Assembly: GCF_009914755.1 (NCBI RefSeq)
Contig: NC_060940.1
DNA from: the human T2T-CHM13v2.0 reference genome, Homo sapiens
Length of the DNA stretch: 64,000 bases
Direction: 5' to 3' (one strand)
Positions 1 to 28,401 of this stretch are shown here, in pieces (within the stretch, counting starts at the first letter, position 1; each line of letters begins with the position of its first letter). The position numbers and the translations under genes were made by a program. The notes beneath the pieces were generated by a model. The model was given only the letters and a program-made list of their open reading frames with translations. It searched no databases and had not been told where the DNA came from.

Positions 1-1
1 A

Positions 2-112
<111 letters not shown>

Positions 113-409
113 TTACACTTCAGCCTGGGCAACAAGAGTGAAATGCTGTCTCAAAAAAAAAATTAATTAAAAAAAAATTAAACATGCTCTTTGAGGATCC
201 CCCAAGGTGTGGATCTGGGAAATGAACCATAGAATAGAAAGGAGCAAAAACACAGATTAAGGGAACCTGATACGTTGGGATACAGGAGCCAAGACCTTTG
301 TCATTCAGTATGTGAAAATGTCAGGATGTGCAAGTGAGAAACAACTTAAAACCTTAAAATCAGAAGATCACTCCCCACTGACACTGCAGATTAAAAGATA
401 CTAATCACT

Positions 410-761
<352 letters not shown>

Positions 762-1121
762 TTAATTCAACTAATCAACAATATTATGCAACGGCTTTTT
801 TAAAAAACATGTTCAAGGATCATACATTTTACTCAGTCTTTTATATAATTTGGCAGGGAATCAAGGCATATTAGGAAATTCACAGAAACCATAAACATAA
901 AAAAATGCATAAGTCCTCAGTTCAGTAACCACACAAATATTTCCGAGAACACATCCAAAGCCACTTTCCCTTCTGCAAAGCTGTTATAAAATGTACTTAG
1001 CGTCGGGCATGGAGGCTCACGCCTGGCTTACAGGCGGGCACCTGTAATCCCAGCTACTTGGGAGGCTGCAGCAGAGAATCGCTTGAAGCTGGGAGGTGGA
1101 GGTTGCAGTGAGCCGATATTA

Positions 1122-1553
<432 letters not shown>

Positions 1554-1915
1554 CTAGGTGGATTTATAGAAAAATTTTAACAGATTTTTAAGACGTTTGC
1601 ATAGAAGGAATGAATATGAATGTTAAATCAAAATCCTGGTAATCTGATTGTGCTATAAATGTGAAATATCACAAACAATTAATTGGAAGGACATGCAAAC
1701 AAAAACAAGAACTGAGCCACCTCTGCTTCCTAACATCATTCATCCTTCAAGTGTAATATTTAAGGTATGTGCCTTCATTACAAAAGGTATTTCTGGCTGG
1801 GCATGGTGGCTCATGCCTGTCATCCCAGCACTTTGGGAGGCTGAGGCGGGCAGATCACCTGAGGTCAGGAGTTAGATACCAGCCTGGCCAACATGGTGAA
1901 ACCACTTCTCTACTA

Positions 1916-2077
<162 letters not shown>

Positions 2078-2231
2078 TCAAAAACAAAAACGAAAGATAT
2101 TTCTGTAAGCACTCACCACTATAAGTGTATACGTGCAGGCCAGGCGCAGTGGCTCACACCTGTAACCCCAGCACTTTGGGAGGCCGAGGCGTGCGGATCA
2201 CGAGGTCAGGAGATCAAGACCATCCTGGCTA

Positions 2232-2450
<219 letters not shown>

Positions 2451-2914
2451 CTAAATATCTCAGCATGCATGTGTGTGTGTTTGTGCACGTGCATTCCCTT
2501 TTGGAAGAAAAAATACAAAATGTTCATATACATATTTCATATAAATTTATTATAGGATGCACTTAGATCTCCTTTTTTTTTTTTTCCCAAAAATATATCT
2601 AACTAGGTTTTCAGTACTTTTGGGTTCAGGGTGGCTTTCTTAGTGCTTCTCAGTTCAAATGTTAGTTTCTTCCACCTCTTCTGCAGTATCAGTGAAGTCT
2701 TTTTTCCCAGCTTGGATCAGCGAAAGGATTTAAAATCTGCTAATTTGGCCAGGTGTGGTGGTTCACGCCTGTAATCCTAACACTGGGAGGCCAAGGCGGG
2801 CAGATCACAAGGTCAGGAGTTCGAGACCAGCCTGACCAACGTGGTGAAACCCCGTCTCTACTAAAAATACAAAAATTAGTCAGGCGTGGTGGCGTGCGCC
2901 TGTAATCCCAGCTA

Positions 2915-3356
<442 letters not shown>

Positions 3357-3588
3357 TAGCCAGGATGGTCTCGATCTGACCTCGTGATCCGCCTGTCTCG
3401 GCCTCCCAAAGTGCTGGGATTACAGGCGTGAGCCACTGCGCCCGGGCCTAGAACTAGAATATCATATATCAAATCTAAGCAGTCAAATCTTGCCCAAGTC
3501 TTAGTGATTCAAATACCCTTTGGGGACCAGTTCCCTTTCAAGCACTTCACTGGTATTTTCTTTCAAGGTGTTATGAGTGCATATGTCA

Positions 3589-3687
<99 letters not shown>

Positions 3688-3907
3688 CTAGCTGACATGG
3701 TGAAACACTGTCTCTACTAAAAATACAAAAAATTAGCCAGGCTTGGTGGTGGGCGCCTGTAATCCCAGCTACCAGGGAGGCTGAGGTAGGAGAATCAGTG
3801 GAACCCGGAAAGCAGAGGTTGGCGGTGAGCTGAGATTGTACCACTGTACTCCAGCCTGGGCAACAGAGCGAGACTCCATCTGAAAAAAAAAAAAAAAAAG
3901 AATTTTT

Positions 3908-4214
3908 TAGTTGTAAGAGACTGTTAAGTAGTGAACCCTAATTAAACAAGGCTAAGGGGAAGAAAGGAAATTTATGAGCTCATAGAACTTAATTGTCCAG
4001 GTAAGGTTCGTGTCAGTATCATCAGAAACTCAGGCACTCTCTCTCCTTCTGTCAGTTCTGCTTTCCATTCTCAGGCAGACTCACCCCTTGCGGCAACGTA
4101 ACTGCCAGCAGTTCCAGGCTTAGGTGGTCTTTTCTCAGCAACTCCCACAAAGCCTTGCTCTTACAAATACTTCCGTAAAACCTGGACCTGACTCTGGCCA
4201 GAACTGTGTCACAC
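3908..4214. mobile_element. Old ERVL/MaLR LTR fragment (MLT1K/L- or LTR33-like), host of the MER51 LTR
   Basis: TTAGTTGTAAGAGAC...AAAGGAAATTTATGAGCTCATAGAACT resembles recalled MLT1/LTR33 termini; degenerate. Confidence 0.4.
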
Positions 4215-5279
<1,065 letters not shown>

Positions 5280-5294
5280 TAAACAGTTATGTTA

Positions 5295-5633
<339 letters not shown>

Positions 5634-5809
5634 CTACAACACAGAGACTAAGGGGTATTGAAAGATGATCCTCAAAGATGTCCATGTGGTGGCCAGGCGC
5701 AGTGGCTCACTCCTGTAATCCCAGCACTTTGGGAGGCCAAGGCGGGTGGATCACGAGGTCAGGAGATCAAGACCATCCTAGCTAACAGGGTGAAACCCCA
5801 TCTCTACTA

Positions 5810-6735
<926 letters not shown>

Positions 6736-6904
6736 ACGTTCCTCTAGAGAATGTCTAATTTGCCACCTTTAAACCCTATTCCTGCGGCCAGGTGCAGTGG
6801 CTCACACCTGTAATCCCAGCAGTTTGGGAGGCTGAGACTGGTGGATCACGAGGTCAGGAGATTGAGACCATCCTGGCTAACACGGTGAAACCCCGCCTCT
6901 ATTA

Positions 6905-7069
<165 letters not shown>

Positions 7070-7684
7070 TCAAAAACGACAACAAAAAAACCCTATTCCC
7101 TTTCTTATGGTTTCTGTATTTTCACCTATAAAAGAATAAGATAAACAGGGCGCGGTGACTAATGCTTGTAATCTCAGCACTTTAGGAGGCCGAGGCAGGT
7201 AGATTGCTTGAGGACAGGAGTTCAAGACCAGCCTGACCAACATGGTGAAACTCCGTCCCTACTAAAACTACAAAAATTAGCCGGGTGTAGTGGCAGGCAC
7301 CTGTAATCCCAGCTACTCGGGAGGCTGAGGCAGGAGAATCACTTGAACCTGGGTGGCAGAGGTTGCATCGCGCCACTGCACTCCAGCCTCGGTGACAGAG
7401 CAAGACTCCATCTCAAAAAAAAAAAAAAAAGAATACGATATTGGGATTTTACAGTGCTTCCAAACAGAAAAACAGCAATGGTTAAATATGGCAGTTTAAA
7501 AATAGCCACATCCAGCCAGGCGTGGTGCCTCATGCCTGTAATCCCAGCACTTTGGGAGGCCGAGATGGGTGGATCACCTGAGGTCAGGAGTTTGAGACCA
7601 GCCTGGCCAACATGGCGAAATCCCATCTCTACTGAAAATAAAAAAATCAGTCGGGCGTTGTGGCATGTACCAGTAATCCAGCTA

Positions 7685-7834
<150 letters not shown>

Positions 7835-8967
7835 TCATCAAAACAATTCTCGTTTTGAGGGTGGCGGGGGGCGTGGCGGGGGGGTGGGTGTTGTGAGTTT
7901 CAGAGGGCTATGATAGACCACTAGTGACAACTTGTGGCTAGTTCTTATCATTACAATCACATTTTGCGTTCCCTTTCAAATGTAACACAATTACAAAAAT
8001 CAACATTGGGTATTCTGTTTCATTTACATAGTTTTGTGAAACTAAAATGTGTTTAACTTTTCATTTTGAGATGATTATAGATTCATCAGAGGGTCCCAAG
8101 AAATGTATAGGGAAGTTCCACGGACCCTTCTCTCAGCCTCCCCCAATGTTAACGTATTAAATATCAAAACCAAGAAAGTGACATTGGTACAGTCTATAGA
8201 TGTAATGCAGTTTTCACAGTTATACCTGCTCTCCTTTGTGACAAAAACACTTTGACATATCAAGGAAGATGTATCAGGCCAACAAGAATCTCTTTCTTTG
8301 GTGGTTAAATAATATTAAATTCAACAACCAACTAGAAATTCTTAGTTTTGTAATAAAGCAAAATGAATCTCAGCATTCTACAACTTACAGTTTTGTTGAA
8401 ACAAATCTTGTTGCCCAGGCTAGAGTGGTGCCATCATGACTCACTGCAGCCTCGACCTCCCAGCTCACAGCTCGAATGATCCTCCCACCTCAGCCTCCTG
8501 GGTGGATGGAACTACAGGGACACAACGCAACACCCAATTTTTTTTTTTTTTTTGAGACAGCGTCTCACTCTGTCACCCAGGCTGGAGTCTGGAGTGCAGT
8601 GGCGTGATCACGGCTCGCTGCAATCTCTGCCTCCCAGGTTCAAGCAGTTCTCCTGCTTCAGCCTCCTGAGTATCTGGGACTACAGACATGCCACACCTGG
8701 CTAATTTTTTTTTTGTATTTTTAGTAGAGACAGGGTTTTGTCATGTTGGCCAGGCTGGTCTCAAACCCCTGACTTCAGGAGATCCACCGGCCTTGGCCTC
8801 CTAAAGTGCTGGGATTACAAGCGTGAGCCACCACACCCAGCCCCCAACTGATTTCTTGTACTTTTTTTTGTAGAGATGAGGTTTTGCCAGGCAGGTCTCG
8901 AACTCCTGACCTCAAGTGATCTAGCCACCATGGACTCCCAAAATGCTGGGATTACTGGTGTGAGTGA

Positions 8968-13872
<4,905 letters not shown>

Positions 13873-13884
13873 TAAAAGCCAGAT

Positions 13885-13890
13885 TTTATT
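13885..13890 (-). terminator. BCAR4: BCAR4 polyadenylation signal AATAAA
   Basis: TTTATT on + strand ~67 nt past the ORF stop. Confidence 0.7.
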
Positions 13891-13956
13891 TCTATTTAAA
13901 AACAATGCTCAGGAGACTTAGTTCCAAAGACGAAGATGCCAGGGTTCAATGTACAA

Positions 13957-14322
13957 CTACAGCGAGGTGCTAGCGATTATTGAGTGAGTCATGGAAGGCT
14001 CTGTAGTTCCTTGGAGACTTCCGCTTTTTCGTATCACTCCTAGTCTTAGCCTCGTGGTTTTCTGCAAGTTCTCGTCGACTGTAACCGTACACAGGGCTGT
14101 CACTCCAGTGAGGACAACAAAAAAAGCACCTATGGCTATCATTGTTAATCCAGTAGAGAAAACCACAGAGTCAGAGGGGTCCTGTAGAACAACAATGAGT
14201 CCCAGAATCACAGTCGATAACCCTAAGCAGGTGACAAGCAGACATTCAGAGCAAGACAAGCATCGGAACTCCCGTCTTCTGGATAGATTCATCCATGGAT
14301 AAGTTTGGATAGGTTGGTACAT
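13957..14322 (-). CDS. BCAR4: BCAR4 putative 121-aa membrane microprotein (two hydrophobic segments, aa ~28-46 and ~53-79)
   Basis: True ATG in ATCACCATGT context 12 nt after the acceptor CACTGCAG| at 14334; intact ORF in non-repeat sequence; AATAAA downstream. Confidence 0.7.
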   Translation of the reverse strand: MYQPIQTYPWMNLSRRREFRCLSCSECLLVTCLGLSTVILGLIVVLQDPSDSVVFSTGLTMIAIGAFFVVLTGVTALCTVTVDENLQKTTRLRLGVIRKSGSLQGTTEPSMTHSIIASTSL

Positions 14323-14415
14323 GGTGATTTTTTGCTGCAGTGGTTAAGGGAAGAAAAAGTCTATGAAAGCTCAAATACAAAAAGTGTAAATAGAATCTTT
14401 TCTTCTTTTCTGTGA

Positions 14416-15134
<719 letters not shown>

Positions 15135-15452
15135 TGAGGAGACTCTCAGGAGGTCAGAGTTCTTAATGGTTTAAAATACATCTTTTGGCTGGGTGCGGTG
15201 GCTCACTCACAAAAATGCTGGTAATCCCAACATTTTTGGAGGCCAAGATGGGAGGACTGCTTCAGCTTGGAAGTTCAAGACCAGCTTGGGCAACATAGTG
15301 AGAACCTGCCTCTACTAAAAATTTTAAGAAAATAGCCGGGCACAGTGGCTCACGTCTGTAATCCCAGCACTTTGGGAGGCCGAGGAGGGCAGATCACAAG
15401 GTCAGGAGATCGAGACCATCCTGGCTAACGTGGTGAAACTCCATCTCTACTA

Positions 15453-15834
<382 letters not shown>

Positions 15835-15842
15835 TTACAGTG

Positions 15843-16747
<905 letters not shown>

Positions 16748-17062
16748 AGTGAAATTTCATGAAGCTATCTCAAGACATCCAAAAAGACTGCTTCTGAAAA
16801 TGAATCCTCACACTTGGGAGGCCGAGGCAGGTGGATCGCTTGAGCCCAGGAGTTCAAGACTAGCCTGGGGAACGTGGCAAAACCCTGTCTCTACAAAAAA
16901 TAAATAAATAAATTAAATAAAATACAAAAAATTAGCCACGCATGGTGGCACGTGCCTGTAGTACCAGATACCCTGGGAGCTGAGGCTTCAGTAAGCCTTG
17001 ATTGTGCCACTGCACTCCAGCCTGGGAGATAGAAAGGCCCCATCTCAATTCTAAAAAAAGAA

Positions 17063-17665
<603 letters not shown>

Positions 17666-17797
17666 ACAGAAGAAGAAGAAGAAACTGAAGTACAAGGCCA
17701 AAGGTACTTGAAGTAGGCTTAACTTCTTCCTGAAGCACCATTACTATTTGATGGTAAATCTATGTTTTTATACTTTAGGTACAAGTGATGAAATTCA

Positions 17798-17950
<153 letters not shown>

Positions 17951-19002
17951 TCACGCCTGTCATCTCAGCCCTTTGGGAGGCTGAGGCGGGCAGATTACTT
18001 GAGGTCAGGAGTTTGAGACCAGCCTGGCCAACATAGTGAAACCCCGTCGCTACTAAAAATATAAAAATTAGCTGGGTGTGGTGGCGCACACCTGTAATCC
18101 CAGCTACTCAGGAGGCGGAGGCAGCAAAATCACTTGAACCCAGGAAGCGGAGGTTGCAGTGAGCCAAGATCACGCCATTGCACTCCAGCCTGGGTGACAC
18201 AGTGAGACTCCATCTCAAAAAAACAAACAACAACAACAACAAAAACAAAAATTAGCCAGGCATGATGGCCCACATCTGTAGTTGCAGCTACTCAGAAGGC
18301 TTGAGGCAGGACAATCTCTTGAACCCCAGAGGCAGAGGTTGCAGTGAGCTGAGATCACACCACTGCACTCCAGCCTGGGCAACATGGCAAGACTCTATCT
18401 CAAAAAAAAAAAAAAAATCCCGAAGAAGCAAACAAAAACAAGTGACAAGTGATGAAATCCAAGGTCAAAGATTAAGAACATTGACTTGAAGGAGAGGGGA
18501 CAGTCACGAGAAGGAAATGTATTTTCTTTTCCACCAGCATGAGGACCCAGTAGGTACAAAGTTTACCAAGGGAGAAGCTTGGGTGGGGATAGTGATTGCC
18601 AAACGCTCCCCGCAGCTGTGGTTGCTCTTGCCTTGGGGACAGTTCACTCAAGGTCACTGGTTATTAGAGAACATCAATTGTGGATTGCAGAACTCCATAG
18701 CCACCAACATAACTCAAGTCCCGGTTGGGCTTTTCACTGAGAAATGGTTGTGTGGCATTTTATCAACACATCACAGGCCCTGTGGAAAAAGGCTTGGCTT
18801 CTAATTAATTGGATTAATAGCCAACTTCCAAATCAATTGTTTTTCTTAATGCACTGGCAAAAGTCATTTACGGAGTGAAAACCTGAGAACATCTACTATT
18901 CAATCATCTTTCCTGAAGAGATAAGTGGTAAGAGTAACTCTGCCCAACATAGTATGAAGTCTTAGGTTTTTCAAGCAGTAAATGAATACTGAATGAAAGC
19001 TA

Positions 19003-19248
<246 letters not shown>

Positions 19249-19367
19249 TTACAGTGAGCCGAGATCACACCGCTGTATTCCAGCTTGGGCAACAAGAGTA
19301 AAACTCTGTCTCAAAAAAAATAAAATAATACTACATTAATATAAAATCATGTGGACAACTGGAGTGA

Positions 19368-19637
<270 letters not shown>

Positions 19638-19684
19638 TGATCTGCCCGCCTCGGCCTTCCAAAGTGCTGAGATTTCAGGCGTGA

Positions 19685-20032
<348 letters not shown>

Positions 20033-21122
20033 TGATGGTGACGATCAACTCCCTTAGGTATTTAGAGTCCAACAGATGTATTTGAGAATGGAATAGTTTT
20101 AGTTTCAAAGATCACTATTTACACAATGGGAAGTAATTATGTATTTGCAACTGTATACACTAAACATTTTAGGTGTCAGGTTAAATACTAGGTGGAACAG
20201 AATTTGTCACAAAATTTTACGGTATGTAGGAACAAAAAAAAACACTAATGAAAACAATGACAAATATTGGCCTTTTAGGTTTGAACTCACCGTTAATGGC
20301 ACCATTTTATTAATTTGCCATTTCATATGATGTTTTAACCCTAAATTGCTGGTAAGTTTTGTAGCTGAATTTTCTTAGCATTTCTGGCTAACTATGCTGT
20401 GTTCTTTAGTTTACTAACAATTTTTGTTTCTGATTCCCTAATGTTTAGCCATCCTTACATTCCTCAGATAAGCTCTCCTAAGCTGTTATTATCCTGGTTA
20501 AGCAGTATGTGGTATCTTACATTTATCTTAAGACCAGGTGATAGGAGTTTTTCTGGCGAAGAAAACTACTAGGTTTGAGTACCGAAAAAATTACTTTCGC
20601 AGAATGAATTGGGAATCTTTGAATTATAATGGCAACAACTCAAGATTTGTATGCATGATATTATTTTATTTTTCGAGATAGGATCTTGCTTGCTCTGTTA
20701 TCCAGGCTGGCAGTGCATTGGCGTGGTCTCGGCCCACTGCAACCTCCGCCTTCCACACTCAAGTGATCCTCCTCCCTCAGCCTCCAGAGTGACTGAGACT
20801 AAGCCACCTTGCCCAGCTAATTTTTGTATTTTTAGTACACACGGGGTTTGCCATGTTACCCAGGCTGGTCTGAGCTCAGGGGATCCACCCACATCAGCCG
20901 TCCAAAGTGCTAGGACTATAGATGTGAGCCAGCGCACCTGGCCCACAATATTAAGTGAAATCTCACTGTCTTTTCTCTTCCAGTTTTTAGGTTTTTGTCT
21001 CTTCATTCAGTTTTGGGAACTTATTAGTTCCCATTATCTAGACTTAAGAATGTTGTATGGGCCGGGCGCGGTGGCTCACGCCTGTAATCCCAGCACTTTG
21101 GGAGGCTGAGGCGGGCGGATCA

Positions 21123-21523
<401 letters not shown>

Positions 21524-21601
21524 TTACACCTATAACCCCAGCATTTTGGGAGGCCGAGGCGGGCGGATCACAAGGTCAGGAGATCGAGACCATCCTGGCT
21601 A

Positions 21602-21823
<222 letters not shown>

Positions 21824-22500
21824 TCAGCCTGGGCAACTTAGTGAGACCCCTGTCTCTACTAAAAGTCTAAAAATTTTTTAAAAGCCAAGCACAATAGCTC
21901 ACGTCTGTAATGCTAACACTTTGGGAGGCCAAGGAGGGTAGATCACTTGAGGTCAAGAGTTCAAAACCAGGCTGGCCAACATGGTGAAATCCCGTCTCCA
22001 ATAAAAATACAAAAATTAGCAGAGCATGGTGGCACATGCCTGTAATCCCAGCTACTCAGGAGGCAGTCAGCTGAGATTATGCCACTGCACTTCAGCCTGA
22101 GCAACAGAGACCCTGTCTCAAAAAAAAAAAAAAAAAGAAAAAGAAAATAAAAAGAAAGAAAAAAAGAGAAATCCAACAGCCTAACAGAAAAATAGTCAAG
22201 GGAGATCAACAAGAGACTAGATCTCTGAAGAAATATAAATCATAACTTAATATAAAAAAGATATACAGCCCGACTAACAATATTCATATTTAAGTCAGTC
22301 TTTTAAGTGACTTTCAAACACACTTAACAAAAAGCAAGCTAAAAGTTTTATAAAAGAAATGATAGCTTCTCTCACCTGGTACAGCAGGCAACTTTTTAGT
22401 CAAAATAAGGTCAGGAATAGTTTCCCCAAAACAGCCAGACACCCTCTGTCAAGACAAACCGTCCTTAGATAAAAAGATGAGCAACAAGCTGCTGTGTTTC

Positions 22501-22534
22501 TTTTATACGAATTAGGCTCTTGATTGGATAATTG
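22501..22534 (-). promoter_or_regulatory. BCAR4: TATA box (TATAAAAG) with upstream CCAAT box and TAATTG homeodomain site near the BCAR4 5' exons
   Basis: Minus-strand TATAAAA at 22501-22507, CCAATC at 22522-22527, TAATTG (+) at 22529-22534. Confidence 0.4.
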
Positions 22535-22864
22535 AAATAACACGGATTCTCACAAGCAGAAATTTTCACACATCAGGTTAGATTGTTTTCTTAATTCATC
22601 CAATAATGTAATACCTCAGTTCTATAAACGTTGAAGAAATTCACTTCTCACAAGGAGAGACTGGGGGCAAATGCATATAGCAGTTCACTTGAATGTCCCC
22701 ACATAAAAAATAATAATAATAACAACAACAAGAAATAAAAGATCTGTTTTACCCTGGTTGGCTTTCAGTTGACCATTTCATTTGGTTCACCTGCTGAGAA
22801 TTCGGTAACGATGTTACTGTGAGGCAGGACGACAGGACGACTTCTAGCCACTGTATCCTTCTTA

Positions 22865-23030
22865 GCACTGTTTCCCAGCACTAACTGAGCAGAAGAATCA
22901 CCTGGCCTCTTGGTCAAAACACAGATTCCTAAGTCCCGCATGTATACAGTAATTCCAGTTAAGCAGGTCTGCAGCAGGACCAGGAGTGTGCATTTTTCAG
23001 AAATACCACCTGCCCCCACCAGAAATCTTT
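22865..23030. mobile_element. MER5-like hAT-Charlie fragment immediately upstream of BCAR4
   Basis: AGAATCACCTGG...AAAACACAGATTCCTAAGTCC...TGTGCATTTTT resembles MER5. Confidence 0.5.
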
Positions 23031-23977
23031 AAATATTTTTATCATGCTCTCAATAATAGACATTTCAGAGGGATGAGTTGAAGGAGGGCTGGCATTTGTT
23101 CACTACAAAATCATATCATTGAAGGAATCTTGGAAAATATAGACCAGAAGGAAACAAAGGGAGAAAAATAAGCACAGGAGCCGGGCGCGGTGGCTCACGC
23201 CTGTAATCCCAGCACTTCGGGAGGCCGAGGCGCGTGGATCACAAGGTCAGGAGATCGAGACCATCCTGGCTAACACGGTGAAACCCCAGCTCTACTAAAA
23301 ATACAAAAAATTATCCGGTCATGGTGGTGGGCGCCTGTAGTCCCAGCTACTCGGGAGGCTGAGGCAGGCGAATGGCGTGAACCCAGGAGGCGGAGCTTGC
23401 AGAGAGCTGAGAGCTGAGATCGCGCCACTGCACTCCAGCCTGGGCGACCAAGCGAGACTCTGTTTCAAAAAAAAAAAAAAAAAGAAAGAAAGAAAAGAAA
23501 AATAAGCACAGGAAAAAATACTGTAAAAAAATCAAGATATTAAATATTAACTGTGCTTATGCTTGGAAGTGGAACTATATGTATTATTATTATTTACAGG
23601 TTTTATTTACAGACTAAAGGGTGCAGAAGGCATGAAAATATTTTGTGATACTAATCCCATTTTGGAGAGAAAAAATAAGCACTGGCCAGGCACAGTAGCT
23701 CATGCCTATAATCCCAGCACTTTGGCAGGCTGAGGTGGGAGGATCACTAGAGGCCAGGAGTTCAAACTGGACAACATAATGAGATACTTTTTTTTTTTTT
23801 TTTTTTTTTTACATGGAATCTCCCTCTATCGCCCAGGCTGGAGTGCAGTGGCACCTTCTTGGCTCACTGCAACCTCCGCCTCCTGGGTTCAAGCGATTCT
23901 CGTCTCAGGCTCCCAAAATAGCTGGGGCTACAAGTGTGCACCACCACGCCCAGCTAATTTTTTTTTTTTTTTTTTGA

Positions 23978-24136
<159 letters not shown>

Positions 24137-24292
24137 TAGTAGAGACAGGGTTTCTCCGTGTTGGTCAGGCTGGTCGCGAACTCCTGACGTCAGTTGATTT
24201 GCCTGCCTTGGCCTCCCAAAGTGCTGGGATTACAGGCGTGAGCCACCACGCCCGGCTAATCAGGCTGAGTCTCGAACTCCTGACCTCAGGTG

Positions 24293-25937
<1,645 letters not shown>

Positions 25938-26374
25938 TGATCACCCGGCCAGTATTTTAGTTATTTGTAGAGACAAGGGCCGGCTATGTTGCCTAGGCTG
26001 TTCCCAAACTTTTGTGCTCAAGTGATCTTCCTGCCTCGAGTTCCCGAAGTGTGGGGATTACAGGCATAAGCCACCATGCCCAGCAGGAGCTCTTAAGGTC
26101 TGCTTGAATGGTCCTTGTTTTGCTGGGTACAGTTAGTTACATTTTATCATTTTTTTTTTTTTTGAGATGGAGTCTTGCTGTGTTGTCCAGGCTGCCGTTC
26201 AGTGGTGCGATCTTGGCTCACTGCAACCTCCGCCTCCCAGACACAAGCGATTCTCCTGCCTCAGCCTCCTGAGTAGCTGGGACTACAGGCGTGCACAACC
26301 AGGCCTGGCTAATTCTTGTGTTTTCAGTAGACATGGGGTTTCGCCATGTTGGCCAGGCTGGTCTCGAACTCCTC

Positions 26375-27566
<1,192 letters not shown>

Positions 27567-28232
27567 TGACCTCGTGATCCACCTGCCTTGGCTTCTCAAA
27601 GTGCTGGGATTACAGGTGTGAGCCACCACGCCTGGACTTTTTTTTTTTTTTTTTTGAGACGGATCCTGCCTCAGCCTCTTGAGTAGCTGGGATTACAGAT
27701 GTCCACTACCGTATCGGCTAATTTTTGTATTTTTAGTAGAGACAAGGTTTTGCCATGTTGGGCAGGCTGGTTTTGAACTCCCAACCTCAGGTGATCTGCC
27801 CACTTCAGCCTCCCAAATTGCTGGGATTACAGGCGTGAGCCACCGTGCCCAGCCACAATGTGGTGTTTATTATACAGTTGGATTGACTTAAATACATTCA
27901 TGGCATTTAAAATGAAATTTTAATTATTACGATTCCTAAAAAACAAATGAACTAAAACTCAATTACTTCCTTCAGAACAAAAACGTTACACTCAAATTTC
28001 TCCCATCAGATCTCATTTGGTTCATTAAATCTCCCTGGTGAAGAGGATGGATTCCAGAAACCCAGTGCCAACAATGAAATATCACCCTCATACTTGGCCC
28101 ACGAGAACATCTTATACCATAGTAGAGATTTCGCCCTCCTCTTGGCCCCCGGGGGAGACTACTGTTGGCTCCTAGCACTATCAGCTGGCTAGGAATGTGT
28201 ATGCAACACTTCCGAAGCCTTGGAAACATAGT

Positions 28233-28401
28233 ACAGAATGTACCCATTTTAGGATGATTCAACTTTATGATTTTTCAACTTTTTGATGGTATAAAAGCGA
28301 TACATAATCAGTACAAACCATATACATACCACCATTTTTCAGTACAGTACTCATTACATGTGTCAACACTTTATTATAAGATAGGTTTTATGTTAGATGA
28401 T
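28233..28401 (-). mobile_element. MER47A-like TcMar-Tigger fragment
   Basis: GATGATTCAACTTTATGATTTTTCAACTTTTTGATGG...TCAACACTTTATTATAAGATAGG...TTAGATGA matches the recalled MER47 half; preceded by TA. Confidence 0.7.

Noticed and set aside
13991-14302. 103-aa plus-strand ORF overlapping BCAR4
   Set aside because: Antisense shadow of the BCAR4 ORF; no supporting splice or poly(A) signals.
18567-18779. Selenoprotein interpretation of the four in-frame TGA codons
   Set aside because: No SECIS identified and no selenoprotein motif; mutational decay or chance is simpler.
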